Shown here: positions 1-16,744 of the stretch, piece after piece
How the letters are laid out: every line of letters begins with the position of its first letter
How positions within the stretch are numbered: position 1 is the first letter of the stretch
Assembly (NCBI GenBank): GCA_964016885.1
Contig: OZ024751.1
Coordinates: 53,692,001 to 53,756,000 of the forward strand
Length of the DNA stretch: 64,000 nt
Reading direction: 5' to 3'
Source: Eledone cirrhosa
Taxonomy: Eukaryota
The notes under the pieces: generated by a model
What the model saw: only the letters and a program-made list of their open reading frames with translations
Told to the model about the DNA's origin: nothing
Database searches by the model: none
Program-made: the position numbers and the translations under genes

Positions 1-92
1 TCGGATTTACACACTTATAGCAGCAGTCCTACCTCCTCAGTGAAGGTGACAGCTCAACCCTTCCCAGGGACTTTTTTAGCACTCCCTCATAT

Positions 93-124
<32 letters not shown>

Positions 125-162
125 AATATATATATATATATTATATATATATATATTATATA

Positions 163-742
<580 letters not shown>

Positions 743-1080
743 TTGTGTTATTGGGTGTTTCCTAATTTGTCGTCGGTGTTGTAATTATGACACATTAATC
801 AGTGAAACCATGGTGTAATAAGGTGTGTGTGTGCGCGTGTGTTGCTACGTTCTCTTTTTCATTGAAACACTGCAAGTTGAATAAGTACATACATGAGTGA
901 TGATACACATATATATTTATACATTCATACATATATATATAATCGTTTGTAATATGTCCAATAAACTCCATTCGTTGCAACACTGATTCTCTTTTTTTCT
1001 GTGATATCATACTCTGCTCTATGAGGGAATCGAGTGCTCAAACGGCCTACCGCATATGGACGCTTTACGCATCCAACACC

Positions 1081-1238
<158 letters not shown>

Positions 1239-1367
1239 AGAACTAATATTAATAACAACTTATTGTAAACATTTGAATTATTAAAAAACATCAATCCCCC
1301 CACCCCCAGTAAAGTCATTCTTGCCCCTTTTTTCAAATTCATTTTATTGTACCAAAGAATTCCCTTC

Positions 1368-1438
<71 letters not shown>

Positions 1439-1585
1439 TATATATATACATATATGTACATATACATATGTATACATATATATCTATACATATATATACA
1501 TATATATACGTACATATATACATATATATACATATATATCTATACATATATACATATATATACATATATATACGTACATATATAC

Positions 1586-1616
<31 letters not shown>

Positions 1617-1644
1617 CATATAAACATATATACATATGTACATG

Positions 1645-1728
<84 letters not shown>

Positions 1729-1732
<4 letters not shown>

Positions 1733-3922
1733 TAACAGATTAAAGTTTAAGCAAAGAATCGCTGCTTTCACCCTTATCGGGATCTTCTGAAACTAACAAA
1801 GTCAATCTGTAAACGCAGAAGTGGATATTTCAAAAAACGTTGCAACCGGAGGAAGACAGTAATAGGAGCGGTGAAAAACAATTACGCGCAAAGACAGAAC
1901 CACGTTTATGGTATAAAAGAGGTCGTAGACCAATGTTCTCTTATGATACGCTTAATTACATAAGTAAGCATTCCAACCATCCTGCCAGCATAACCAAGAA
2001 CCTGGTAAGAAACGTTTCGTTGAGGCTTTCCCGTCTTTCCACCAACGAGCGTATTTTCAACGACCATTCCACTTATTACAATGAAGCTCTTGCTCGAAGT
2101 GGATTTGTCGATAAGGTAGCATATACAGAGTATGAAAATAGACCTAGAAGAAATAGGTCCCGTCGCATTTGTTGGTATAACCCACCATATAATATGGAGG
2201 TGGCCACACCATTAGCTAAGATCTTTCTTTCCCTTATTACGAAGCATTTTCCCCCTACACATAAATATAGTAAAATTTTTAATAGTAATACTATTAAAAT
2301 TTCTTACTCTACGACTCCTAACCTTGCACATAACATCACAGCTTCAAATTTAGCTAAACTACCTAGCCGTAGGAACACGTGCAACCCTGTAGGTAGTACT
2401 AACTGTAATTGTAGGAATCGGGTTGATTGCCCCTATCCGGGAAATGCCTCTCTAGTAACATTGTCTACAAATGTAAGGTTGTAACACCCACGTCCCGTAG
2501 GGCCTACATCGGGTTAACCGCCAATAGATTCAAGCAGCGTCTTTACACGCATACCGATTTTTTTCGATACCCTCTAAGAAGGAATATGACGTCACTTTCA
2601 GCTTATATCTGGAGTCTAAAAGACAACCACACCCAATATAAGTTACACTGGGAGATCCTAGCTAGGGCTAGATCGTATAACGGAAATAAAAGACCATGTG
2701 ACCTCTGCGCCGCTGAGGCCCTGGAAATACTCTACGCCACGGACCACATCTTAAACAAAAAATCTGAGGCAATTTCGGCTTGTAAACATAAATTGCACAA
2801 AACTTTCCTGTATTACAGCCCCACGTTATACCCTAACGGATAGTACGATCTATACGTGGATATTTTACGTCTTGATGTGGGAGCTAAGTATATGTTTTGT
2901 TTATACCATTACTTATTTGCATAGGTAAGTATATATTACTCGTATGTTTCGTGAAGGTACGTATACCTTCTCGTACGTATATTTGATTGTTTATGTTATG
3001 GCGTATAATTTTTTTATTTTTTTTTATTCTGGTACATATGGTTTGGCTATGTGTATACGGGAGTTTTGCGTCTGTGTGAGTATGCAGGTTCGTACGTATG
3101 TAGGGTGTGTGTATATGTGTACTTCATGTTTTGGTTGACTTACGTCTCCGAACATTCGTGTATTTACATGTAGGTATGTGCGCTTGTTATATACGTATTT
3201 ATTTATTTATATACGTTTATATATTTATTTATTTATTTGTATACACACACACATATTTATATGTGCGTGGTTTTGTATACCTATGGTAAGGGTTTTGCGT
3301 ATGCTTGTGTATGTACGTATTTGTTTGCGTGTATGTATTTATTTGTTTCTATTACTTCTGTATTGTATTTATTTACTTTGTTCTTAACTCTGTAGCGGAG
3401 ATTCATTCGGTCTCCTAGTTAGAATTTTAGTCTACGACTTCTGCTATACCATTTACGCGGTTTTGTCTTTGCGTGCTATTGTTCTCTACGCTCCACATAT
3501 GACGTATTATCTTCGTTTTTTTCGTTCATTGCCAGAGAACGTCTCTATGAACCACCTAAGAGAACATTAGTCTACGACCTCTTTTATACCATAAACGTGG
3601 TTCTATCTTTGCGCGTAATTGCTTTTCACCGCTCCTATTAATGACGTATCTTATTCGTTTTTTCCCGTTCTTTGCCAGCGAACGTTTCCACGAACCAAAG
3701 TATCGTCTTCCTGTCTTCCTCCGGTTGCAACGTTTTTTGAAATATCCACTTCTGCGTTTACAGATTGACTTTGTTAGTTTCAGAAGATCCCGATAAGGGT
3801 GAAAGCAGCGATTCTTTGCTTAAACTTTAATCTGTTATTTTACGGTTCTTATATATTTGATATATATTTATCCTTATCGAGCCCTCTTTGGATTTTAGTC
3901 TTGAAATTTATTATTATTACTA
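1729..3922 (+). mobile_element. 5'-truncated Penelope-like element (Naiad-like) with inverted terminal copy
   Basis: 1729-1930 is the reverse complement of 3570-3842, with an internal deletion. The coding remnant between them has PLE motifs, and both ends abut (TA)n. Confidence 0.85.
1945..2843 (+). pseudogene. PLE RT-thumb plus GIY-YIG endonuclease remnant, frameshifted near 2430
   Basis: Motifs SNHP..I.KN, WYNPPY, linker CNCRNRVDCP, IVYKC...YIGLT...FKQR...H, and CDLC...E...LNKKSE...CKH. ORFs 1840-2484 and 2427-2843 are two frames of one protein. Confidence 0.88.
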
Positions 3923-4115
3923 TATATATATATATATATAACATCATTGGTTAACCATACAGTTATGTACATATATACAATAATCATTGTTATCAAAATG
4001 TGTAGGGCCCCAACAGACTCAAAATATTTCTTTACACTTCTTAAAGTTATCAAACATTCATCTTGTATCATCTAAGACAATGTCCCAGAATTATATGACT
4101 TCCACTGCATTTATA

Positions 4116-4290
4116 AATAATTGTTTCTACTTTTGGCACAAGACCAGCAATTACCCAGTGCATTACTGGTACTTTATTTTATCGACCCCATAAGGATGAA
4201 AGGCAAAGTTAACCTCGGCGGTATTTGAAGTCAGCCCATAAAGGGTCGTAACTCTTTGCTGCAAAGCATGACGTCCGACCCTCTACCGAT
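4116..4290 (-). mobile_element. tRNA-derived SINE, family 2 (Nin/Deu-type central domain)
   Basis: The minus strand contains CCGAGGTTAACTTTGCCTTTCATCCTTATGGGGTCGATAAAATAAAGTACCAG and ends GTAGAAACAATTA. More than 12 copies occur in the window. Confidence 0.85.
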
Positions 4291-4836
4291 ACTGCCAATC
4301 CATCGCCTTTATAAATAATGTGTTTGTGTTTGAGTGTATGTTTATGTGTTTGCGTATATGTGTTTGTGTGTGTTAATGTGTATTTGTGAGAGGGTTTAAT
4401 AGAGAGTCTGCGAGTGTGTTTGTGTGCATGTGTAATTGTGTGTGTGTATTTATATATGTGAGTGTTTATGTGTGTATTCTTGTGTGTGTGTTTGTATGTT
4501 TATGGGTGTGTGAGTATTTATGTATGTGCATGTACATATGCATTTTTACTGGTTTCAGTCATTAGACTACGACTATGCTAGGCCAGCAAAACCAAGAGAT
4601 TAGTCGGCCATATTGATTTCCATACATATTTAAGTCTGGTATTCATTGACTTACTAATTTACAGGCCATAAAGGGATATTATACATACATAAATATAATT
4701 GTATATGTAATTATTCATAAACACACAAAGACACACACACACTCACAGACGCATGCAGCCCCGACTCTTTACTATTCCAAGTATCGAATACTCTTATGAA
4801 TAATTATCTTACTGCTATAATCTTGATCTATCTATA

Positions 4837-4873
<37 letters not shown>

Positions 4874-4883
4874 CAGCAGAGAA

Positions 4884-4941
<58 letters not shown>

Positions 4942-6827
4942 AAAGAGATGTCAACATGAATGGACCTATTATTTTTATCTAAAGACATTTTTTCAAATTC
5001 CATCCCGCCCGCCCCCTTAATCTATTTTATTCCTCATTCTTTCTTCTGATGAAGGACTAGCGTTAACCTAATATATCCCGTCCGTATATTGTACCGATTG
5101 TGTTGTTATTTCTGTTTACCTTTTACATACACACATATATATATATATAAGCAGAAGGGATATTCAATTTGTTGGTAATTCAACAAATATAAATGTTTAT
5201 AACTGATTCAGAGAACTCTACAGATTTTTTGGAGTATAATATACAATGATATTAAATAAATGGAAACTATATTTATAAAACCATATTTATTCTATTATAT
5301 ATATTTCAAGGGTACCAACATTTTGGTACGCTATCATCAGATAAAATACGAAGTGTGTTTTATAAATTTTGACATAACCAAGGAGAATATACCTTAACGG
5401 TTCAAGTTTTCCTTGGATAGTGAAGGGATAAGAGAAGAAAAGTCAGATATTTCAAATTATTAAGATGAGTATGCAAATGAGGTTTAGGTAAAAGGGATGA
5501 AAACGTTATTTTAGACGCTATGGAAAATTATGATAAGTTATTGTATGCGTAGGAAAGCAGAGAAAAGAAGAAGAGCTAGCATTTACGTTAATTTGGGGGG
5601 GGGGGATTTATTTACCTATATTATGAGTTATAATATTGTATATAATCAATTAGATTATAAGAGTTATAGTTGTAAGTATTATTATCTTATTAGATTACGA
5701 TAGGTTATATGTGTATAAATATCTCTATATATATATTAATAATTTGCGTATGTATTAGTTGTTTATATATCAATATTCTATTTCACTTAAAAATCTTCTA
5801 CATCACTTTCACATCTAATTTGGAATTTAAAAGACAACAATATAGACTATTCAATATCTTGGAGAACGATTTCGAAAGCACATGCATACTGAAATACGGT
5901 TTTATCAAGATTCTGTAAATTGTGTATCGAAGAAATTTTTTATATAATTAACTGTCAAAACTCTATTAATCTCAGAACAGAATTATTTTCTTCTTGCAAA
6001 CATCGCCAAAATTCCACGTTCAGAACTATTTTTAATTTATAATATTCCTATACACCTTCAAAATGATCCTACCTTTTTATAAATTTAAATGTAAATTTTT
6101 TTATTATTTTTTTAATATTTCTAAAAAATTTTAATATCTCTAATATTTATAATATTTTTAATATATATATTTAATATTTTAATTTCCGACATTATTTTAA
6201 TTATGACATTATTTTTAATTCCGACATTATTTTTCTAAGGACACCCCACTAAATATATTTTTAGATGTAGATTGATAATCTTTAAATGACATTCTGAAAA
6301 TTTATCCTTTTTACGATAAATCTTCGAAAAACACATTACATTTTTCCTCTCTTTTTGTTATTGAAACATTCACACATCTTTCGACTAAAATAATAGATCT
6401 CACACAAAATAATATATAATTTTCTCTATATATTTTGGAGTAAATCATTCATCTAATTTAATGGTTAACAAACAAAATTGGAGTTATCTTTCCTTTCTCA
6501 ATCGTGCAAACATAAACATATGTTTGATAATCTTATAGCTTCGCTAAATTAATGATATTCTGAAAACATTTTCAATGTTGAACAAAATTTTTGAATCCAC
6601 AAATTGTTCTACTCTCACAACTTGAACCACCTATTTTTTAAGTAAAATACAAAATCAACATCCTTCGTAACTTATATTTGATATATAAACAACTAATACA
6701 TACGCAATGTATTAATATATATATAGAGAGATATTTATAAACATATAACCTATCGTAATCTAATAAGATAATACTTACAACCATAACTCTTATTATAATC
6801 TAATTGATTATATACAATATTATAACT

Positions 6828-7023
6828 CATAATTGTTTCTACTTTAGGCACAACGCCAGTAATTAACCAGTACATTACTGGTACTTTATTTTATCGACAG
6901 CGTAAGGATGAAAGGCAAAGTCAACCTCGGAGGGATTTGAACTCAGATCGAAAAGGGACGTAACTATGCTGGAAAGCTTGACGTCCGACCCTTCACCGAT
7001 ACTGCCAATCCACCAATCCACCA
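6828..7023 (-). mobile_element. SINE family 2 copy inserted in the right arm of a fold-back element
   Basis: Family-2 sequence is present in the right arm and absent from the matching left arm (about 5620). Confidence 0.85.
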
Positions 7024-7299
7024 ATATAGGTAAATAAATTTTTTCCCCAAAATTAAATGCTGGCTCTTCTTCCTTTCTCTTCTTTCCTACGCATACAATA
7101 ACTTATAATTATTTAAATTTTCCATAGCGTCCAAAATAACGTTTTTTACATCCCTTTTACCTAAACCTCATTTGCATACTCATCTTAATAATTTGAAATA
7201 TCTGACTTTTCTTCTCTTATCCCTTCACTATCCAAGGATAACTTGAACCATTAAGGTATATTGTCCTTGGTTATGTCAAAATTTATAAAACACACTTTG

Positions 7300-7360
7300 T
7301 ATTTTATCTGATGATAGCGTACCAAAATGTTGGTACCCTTGAAATATATATAATAGAATA
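7300..7360 (+). ncRNA. Minimal type I hammerhead ribozyme motif
   Basis: tattttat-CTGATGA-tagcgtacc...ggtaccctt-GAAA-tatata-TA-atagaata. Stem I pairs and stem III is palindromic. Mirror copy on the minus strand at about 5288-5348. Confidence 0.75.
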
Positions 7361-7418
7361 AATATGGTTTTATAAATATAGTTTCCATTTATTTAATATC
7401 ATTATATATATATATATA

Positions 7419-10200
<2,782 letters not shown>

Positions 10201-10284
10201 TATATATATAATATACGGGCATCCACAAAGTTTCTAAATGTCTTTCTGCTTTACCTATTTACATAATTATATGCATATATCTGT

Positions 10285-10680
10285 AATAATTGTTTCTACT
10301 TTAGGCACAAGGCCAGAAATTACCCAGTGCATTACTGGTACTTTATTTTATCGACCCCGTAAGGATGAAAGGCAAAGTCAACCTCGGTGGGATTTGAACT
10401 CAGATCGTAAAGGGACGACCCTCCACCGATACTGCCAATCCACCATAATATATATATCTGTAATAATGGTTTCTAATTTAGGCACAAGGCCAACAATTTT
10501 GTGGGAAGGGAAAAGTCGATTAAATAGACACCAGTGCATTACTGGTGCTTTTTTTTATCAATCCCATATGGATGAAAGACAAAGCTGATCTCGGCAGGAT
10601 TTGAACTCAGAACATAAAGAGCCATAACTATGTTGCAAAACATGTTGTCTGATGCCCGACTGATACTGCCAATTCACCCC
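10285..10680 (-). mobile_element. Two tandem SINE family 2 copies
   Basis: Family-2 core GGATGAAAG(G/A)CAAAG...GGATTTGAACTCAG occurs twice. Confidence 0.8.
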
Positions 10681-10719
10681 CTCTCCAACATAGTATAATT
10701 CTATTCATTTTTTCTTTGT

Positions 10720-11075
10720 CATGTGATCTTCAACGATTTGGGATCAGCTTTCACCACTTCTGCCCAGGTCTTCCTAGGTCTTCCTAGGTCTTCCTTCACT
10801 ATTGCTACGTTACACTGGGATTTTCTTAGCACTTCTTTACCCACTGATCATCACCCATATATATCATATGTCCATACCATTGCAGTCTTCTCTCTTTCAT
10901 GCTATATCTGAATCCTCTTATACCCAGTTTTTCTCCCACCTCATCCATGCTTCATTGTTCATGCACATTAACATTGCACAAGTACAGAGTATACTTGCCT
11001 TTCTATATCTATCCTCTGTATTCACAGCCCATGTCTCCTAACCATGCAACATCTTACATCACATACAGCCTTCTG
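10720..11075 (-). mobile_element. Decayed RTE-clade LINE 3' fragment
   Basis: The minus strand translates to KERRLQWYGHMI and GRPRKTW, typical of the RTE C-terminus. A related copy lies at 35.4-35.85 kb. Confidence 0.65.
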
Positions 11076-11372
11076 TAGGTCTCTGAATTTTTTTTTTGGT
11101 GGTGGTAGGGGTCATGGTAGTAGTAGTGACCTTAGTAGCCGTCATGATAATGGTAGTGTCGGTCAACCATTTTTCAGTAGGGGGTCAAATTGATTTATTA
11201 CAGATTTGGGGGATGTTGAATTTAGTAGTGTTCTTGTTTTTGTTTGTTGTTGTGACAGAAGAGATGATGTTAATTGCTCTGACACTATAAAGGAAGAAAT
11301 GTACCTCATGAGATTTGAACCTGCAGCCCTCATGAACAAAGTACAACACTTTGTACGAATTTCTGTTCAGTG

Positions 11373-11560
11373 ATAATGGTTTCTACTTTTGGCACAAGGC
11401 CAGCAATTACCCAGTACATTACTGGTACTTTATTTTATCGACCCCGTAAGGATGAAAGGCAAAGTTGACCTCGGCGGGATTTGAACTCAGAATGGAAAGG
11501 GCCGTAACTCTATGCGTCAAAGCATGGCGTCCGACCCTCTACCGATACTGCCAATCCACT
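11373..11560 (-). mobile_element. SINE family 2 copy
   Basis: Full match to the family-2 sequence. Confidence 0.85.
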
Positions 11561-12270
11561 AAGCCTGTCAGTCAACCAATACTATTTTTAGCTTCTTTTC
11601 GCCTTTCATGCAACAAAAAAAAAGCCACTTGTCCATAAATATATATCGTATGTTATATATTTATCTCCTTCATGTTTATTTTACAATTTATTACATGTAT
11701 ATTTAATTTGATATATTTAGTTCGGCAATTTAAAAATACACAAGTATTTTTTTTTTCTTTTTGTTGTTGCTTTGTCACCCAGACGTCTGAAATTTTCTAC
11801 ACACATTTTCACTAGATGATTCCCTTGTAAGAATACAATATATTTTATACATAACACCTGTCAACGAACGTACATATTCACTGTTTTTCTTCCAAGTTAA
11901 TCACAGCCATACTTTATTTAATAATGTTAATACCACATATGGTGTTTTTCCCATAGAATGACTTGGTAGTCAGCATAGATAGATAGATTTCTTTATTAGC
12001 CACAAGGGCGCAACAAGAAAGGGGACAATACAAAGACATGCCGGGGATTTTACATACAGTCGTGTAAAAAATATAAAAACAAACAATTTCAACAATCGAA
12101 ATCCCCAATAGGGGGGAGGCGCCACAAATGGGTTGTTTAATACCCCGTCGATAGAACAACCCTCAACTCGAGGAGCGTGTTGTGCAAGTGCTCCCTTCTT
12201 CCTTTTGCTCTCTTCCTCAACCTACAGGCTTATAAACAGAGAAGGCCCAATCACTCGGGCCATTTTCGCT

Positions 12271-15200
12271 TCATTCAGTTAATTTACTGGGGTGCAGTGC
12301 CTCTCTCTCCACCCTGATTCTCCTTCTAAAGTGATACTTAAAGAAGGGAATCAATTGTTGTCCGGAGAGAAAGGCATCTGTCCTCAGTCCTCTCAACCTC
12401 GTCCACCATATAACTTCTTTCACCATAGCCACCGTACAGAGGAAAACCGCCTCTCTTTCGTTTTTGAAAGAGTCTGGCGGTTTGATCCTTACTATAGACT
12501 CGGCAGTCAACTGTATTTGTCCCATACGCGACAGCAGTTGTTCTGCATAGTTCCACAGGTCGCTTACGCCCGGGCAGTGTACAATTGCGTGCAGGACTGT
12601 TTCAATGTCCTGCGCACATCTTGGACACGTCCTCTTGGAAGGATCCCTGCCAGGGCGTCCGTGCCTGTAGATCTTGTCACGAACCGGTAGAGCTCCTCGG
12701 TAGCACTGCCAGGCCAGGGACCTCTGGAAGTTGTCCATAGGTCCCGGGCGGAAAGTCCTACCAAACAGACTGGTGAGCTCATCGTCTTCGACGCCCAGAG
12801 TCTCTCCGAGCACGTCGTCGCCCTTGTAACGTAAATCCCTCTATAGAATGTCGAAGTGGAGTCTCCACTGATTGCTGCGCCCGCTTGCCAGAGGACTGTG
12901 AGCGCCTGAGCGCATTCAATGTGCCAGGCGCCCATCGTTTTCGGTCTTTTCTTCACCCAGGACTGCAGCTCCGTTAGCGAGACGAGCTGTGGGAAAGCCT
13001 GTCTCACAAACGGTGCCCACACCGGTTGGGGGTCGGTGAGGAATACCTGGAGATGGCGCAGCCTCAGCGCATGTTTGCGCATCATCAGCCACGGCATTCC
13101 CAGCCCTCCGTTGGAAGGGTGCTGACAGCAGACGGATCTCCTCACCAGCGGAGCCTGCTTCTTCCACAGAAACTGGAAGAGCATGCGTTCCATCTTGGCG
13201 AGGTGTTCACGGGGACAAGGCACGACAGTCAAGCGGTAGTAGATGACGGACGCTATGAAAGTGTTCGCCACCTCCGCTCGACCTTTCAAGGACAGTTTGC
13301 ACTCTGCCCACTTCTGAGTGAGTGCAAACACCTTGGCCGTGACCTCGTTCCAGTTTTTCTCCACCTGGAGGTCTGGACCGAACCAGACCCCGAGCAATTT
13401 CACCGGTCCGTCCGTCCAGCGTCCAACGACGCTGTCGGATGTCATCGGTTTGCCTCTCCACGTACCGAGTTGCAAACCGACAGACTTGTCTGGGTTTAGT
13501 TTTGCTCCCGTCAGCGTTTCGTATTCTTTCAGTATGTTGCTGATCACCCCGATTTCCGAGGTGCTCGACACCATTACTGTCACGTCGTCGGCATAAGCCG
13601 ACGCCGCTTTGCGCAGTCCCGGTTCTAGGGGGATGCCCTGCAACAGCTCCAATTTCCGCAGTAGTGGTTCTAGAGTCAATACATACAGAATGGAGGAGAG
13701 AGGGCATCCCTGTCGAATGGAACGCGTGATTGCGAACGGCTCCGATAGGTAGCCGTTCACCTTGACCCTCGAGCAGATGCTGGTGTGCATCGCCTCGATC
13801 CATCCTCTGAACACGGGACCGAAACCGGCCGCCTTGAGAACCGCTTCCAAGTATCGATGGTCGACCCTATCGAATGCCTTAGACTGATCCAAGTTGATCA
13901 GAGCCCCACCGAAGCCGGGTTTACTACCCACCCTCTCTATGATGTATCGCATGAGGTGGAGGTTGTCGTGTATGGACCTGGTCGGGATTGCACACGTTTG
14001 CGCTTTCCCTACCAGGTTCTCGACGACAAGCGCCAACCTCGTCGTTAGCACCTTGGCCAAAATCTTTAACTCTGTGTTGAGCAGAGTTATGGGCCTGAAG
14101 TTGTTAATTTCGTCCCCCTTGTTCTCGTCTTTCCTGATCAGCGTTACTACGCCCTTGCCTGCAGAACTGGGAATTCTCCCGTTCTGCTGCCAATTGCAGT
14201 AGACGGCTTCGAGGACGCTAGAGAACAAGTCCGGCATGCCTATGTAAAATTCGTAGGGTAGACCATCTAGACCGGGTGACTTGCGTTTCCCGCAGCGGCC
14301 CAGAGCGTCCCGTATCTCAGTGTCCGTGATCGGTCTTTCGCAGAACTCGGCGTCCGTGTTCGAGAGACGCGGCAGGCCGTCGAGGTATGAACTAAAGTCC
14401 ATTGCCCCGTTCGGCTCACCGTCGTTCTGCTCAAACAGTCGCGCAAAGTGCCGCTGAAAGGCCGCGCACATTTGCTTGGGGTCAAGTAGCACGCGTCCGT
14501 TTTGGTCTTTCAAAGACCGAATCGTGGACTTGTTGCCACTTTTTGCCTCTGCCACTCGGGCCCAGCTGACAGCTTTCGCTCCTTCGTTTCCTAGAGCACG
14601 TGTTTTGCTTCTGACCACGCAGCCTTCGTGTTTCGCATCGAAGAACTGGTCCAGTGCCGTTCTCGACGCTAACACTCTAGCCGCGTTGCCACTTCTAAGT
14701 GCCTCCTCTACCTTGGCTACTAGTTCTCTTTCTATTCTGTTTTTCTCTAAGGCTAACTCTCTGCTATACCCTATCGATTCTATTCTAATTGCTTTCTTGA
14801 GAGAGTACCACCATCTATTGTTGACGATGGCTCCCGTTAACTGTTACTTGACTAGTCTACTTATCCGTTCACTGTAAGCTTTACGTGCCGGCAACGACAC
14901 GTTCAGCTTCCAGTATCCGGGACCCTGTCTATGTATTATATCACGGTTGACTAAGCAGACGACTAACTTGTGATCTGAATAGGCAACCATGTGCATTCGT
15001 GGACAGCTTAACATATCCTTGTCCCTTTCTCTAATGAAGAACCTATCTAAATACGATCTAGATGTCCCACTGCGATTTACCCACGTCCACTGTGGTGCAG
15101 TCGGGAAATCCAGTCGATACCTATCGGCCAGTTGGAATTGGCCGATTAAAGTTTTGAGGCTGTTGCACCCCGCTCTACTGGGACATGCTCCCACATAGTC

Positions 15201-15656
15201 CCATCGTGCATCTAGGATACCATTCCAGTCCCCCACTAAAAGTAAGGAGCGAGACGTTCCCAGAAAAGACTCTAGACGCTTAAAGAAGTCTGGCCGTGAT
15301 TGCGATTGCCCGGTCGGGGCATAAACGGCCACCAGTCTGAAGGCTCCACCTCCGATACTGTTCACGTCTAGGACTACCAGTCTACCCTCCGGGTCCAAGT
15401 GTACTTGCTGTACTCCGACGTCCAGGTTCTTCCGAAACATAACAGCCACTCCACCTCCACCTCCTGGCTGACAGAGAGATGCGTAGATCTCAAAGTCGTC
15501 GAAGATGGGGGTTAGTTGCTGCCTGTTGTGGATTCTGGACTCGGTGATGGCTATCACATCCATACTGTGTGACCTAAGGTCGTTTAAAAGTTGGCCCTGT
15601 TTCCAGGGCATTCCTAGGCCACGCACATTCACGGTTCCAACTCGTAAACCAGCCAT
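12271..15656 (-). pseudogene. LINE ORF2 (APE endonuclease, reverse transcriptase, C-terminal Cys/His zinc-binding region) with one in-frame stop and one frameshift
   Basis: APE motifs TVNVRGL, ITES, VYAP, GDWN, SYLDRF, SDH. RT motifs KSPGLDGL, FRPITLLN, LDQSKAFDRV, QGCPLS, YADD. C-terminal CPRC...ETVLHAIVHC. ORFs 14844-15656 and 12564-14675 are in the same frame, split by TAA at 14844. Frameshift near 12830. Confidence 0.92.
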
Positions 15657-15697
15657 GTTAGTGAAGAAAAGTTGGAGAAAAAGGACGAAAGGTGCAC

Positions 15698-16490
15698 TTA
15701 CCTTTTCGTTTCCTGGAGATCGGGTTGTTCAATCTCCATTTGGGTGCTGGATGGGGTGTTGGGTGGGGTGGGGAAACCTTTCAACAGGACGCGGTTGATG
15801 GGTTTGTGGCAGGGGTTGCCCACGTCCTGTGAAAATTTAATTTTCAGGTCTTTATAGGTTTCCATAGAAACCCTTATAAGTTTAAGGTGTGGAGACGATT
15901 CTGCCTTGACGAAAGTTTTGCCCTCCGTCTCCACCTTGGGGTTTTGGGAGATGACCTCCATCAAACTCTTGTTGTTTGTGTTGATGTATGCGTATTGTTG
16001 TTTGTGTTTGTGTTGTATTGTTTTAGTTTGTTGTTCATCCGGGAGTTTTCTTTTTATGGTGGGTGCTTGTGTTTGGGGTGGTGTTGGTGCTGGTTTTGCT
16101 GATAGGGGGATGTTTGACTGTGGTGTTGTTTGTGTTGTTGTTTGTGTCTGTGGTTGTGTGTTGGTGTTGGTGATTGGAGTTTTGGGGGTTTTGTGGTGTC
16201 TCTTTTTTTGTTTTTTGAATTTCCGCGGTTCTCCCTCTTCTTCACTTAAAGAAGGAGAAGCAGCTTCATCCGTCGATGAATAATCATCGTCAGGTGTGTG
16301 GGGTAAGGGTATGTTGTGTGGTAGTGGTGGTGTTTCGGTATGTGTGTTTGTGGTAGTGTTTGATGGAGTGGGATGGAGTGGAGATGTGTTCTTCAGGGGT
16401 GTTGTCTCTGTTTTTTCTGTTGTTGTTGGTTGAGTGTCTGTTTGTTTTGGTGTGGTTGCTCGTTTCGTCTGTCGTTGTACTTGTGGTGAG
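15698..16490 (-). pseudogene. C-terminal part of LINE ORF1 (T/P/Q-rich, acidic then basic)
   Basis: An open frame runs from about 16490 into ORF 15698-15964 and ends 41 bp before the ORF2 ATG. No start codon, consistent with truncation. Confidence 0.6.
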
Positions 16491-16522
16491 ATTATTATAC
16501 CTGCAGTGAATTGACAGAGTCG

Positions 16523-16712
16523 CAGTGGATAGGCAGAATCGGTAGAGCGTCGGACAACATGCTTAGTGGCATAGAGTTATGGCCCTTTACGTTATGGGGT
16601 CAAATTCCATCAAGGTTAGCTTTGCCTTTCATCCTTACGAGGGTCAATAATAAAGTACCAGTAATGCACTGGGGTTAATTTAATCGACTTTCTTTTTCCC
16701 AAAAAATTGTTC
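16523..16712 (+). mobile_element. Diverged SINE family 2 copy
   Basis: GGCAGAATCGGTAGAGCGTCGGAC...CTTTGCCTTTCATCCTTACGAGGGTCAATAATAAAGTACCAG. Confidence 0.75.
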
Positions 16713-16744
16713 TTATCCGTGGTCAGTGCCAGATTTAGAACAAA

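Larger units (their letters stand above)
5150..7403. mobile_element. Fold-back PLE-terminal element with ~530-bp inverted arms
   Basis: 5243-5775 is the reverse complement of 6676-7403 once the SINE at 6828-7023 is removed. Each arm carries a hammerhead motif. Same family as the units at 30.0 and 62.5 kb. Confidence 0.75.
11975..16495 (-). mobile_element. L1/Tx1-type LINE, 5'-truncated within ORF1
   Basis: It has an ORF1 C-terminal remnant (about 16490-15698) and an APE-RT-zinc-finger ORF2. The 3' UTR ends AATAAAGAAAT-(CTAT)n near 11975. Confidence 0.9.

Noticed and set aside
1840-1944. N-terminus of the 214-aa ORF
   Set aside because: It is read through the inverted UTR copy. PLE homology starts only near 1945.
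5780-6675. Possible GIY-YIG remnant (TIQYLGERFRKH) in the spacer of the fold-back element
   Set aside because: It is too short and degraded to support a coding call by eye.
12292-16283. Antisense and alternate-frame ORFs over the LINE (likewise over 37.5-40.1 and 53-56.8 kb)
   Set aside because: They are shadow ORFs of GC-richer retroelement coding sequence, without motifs.
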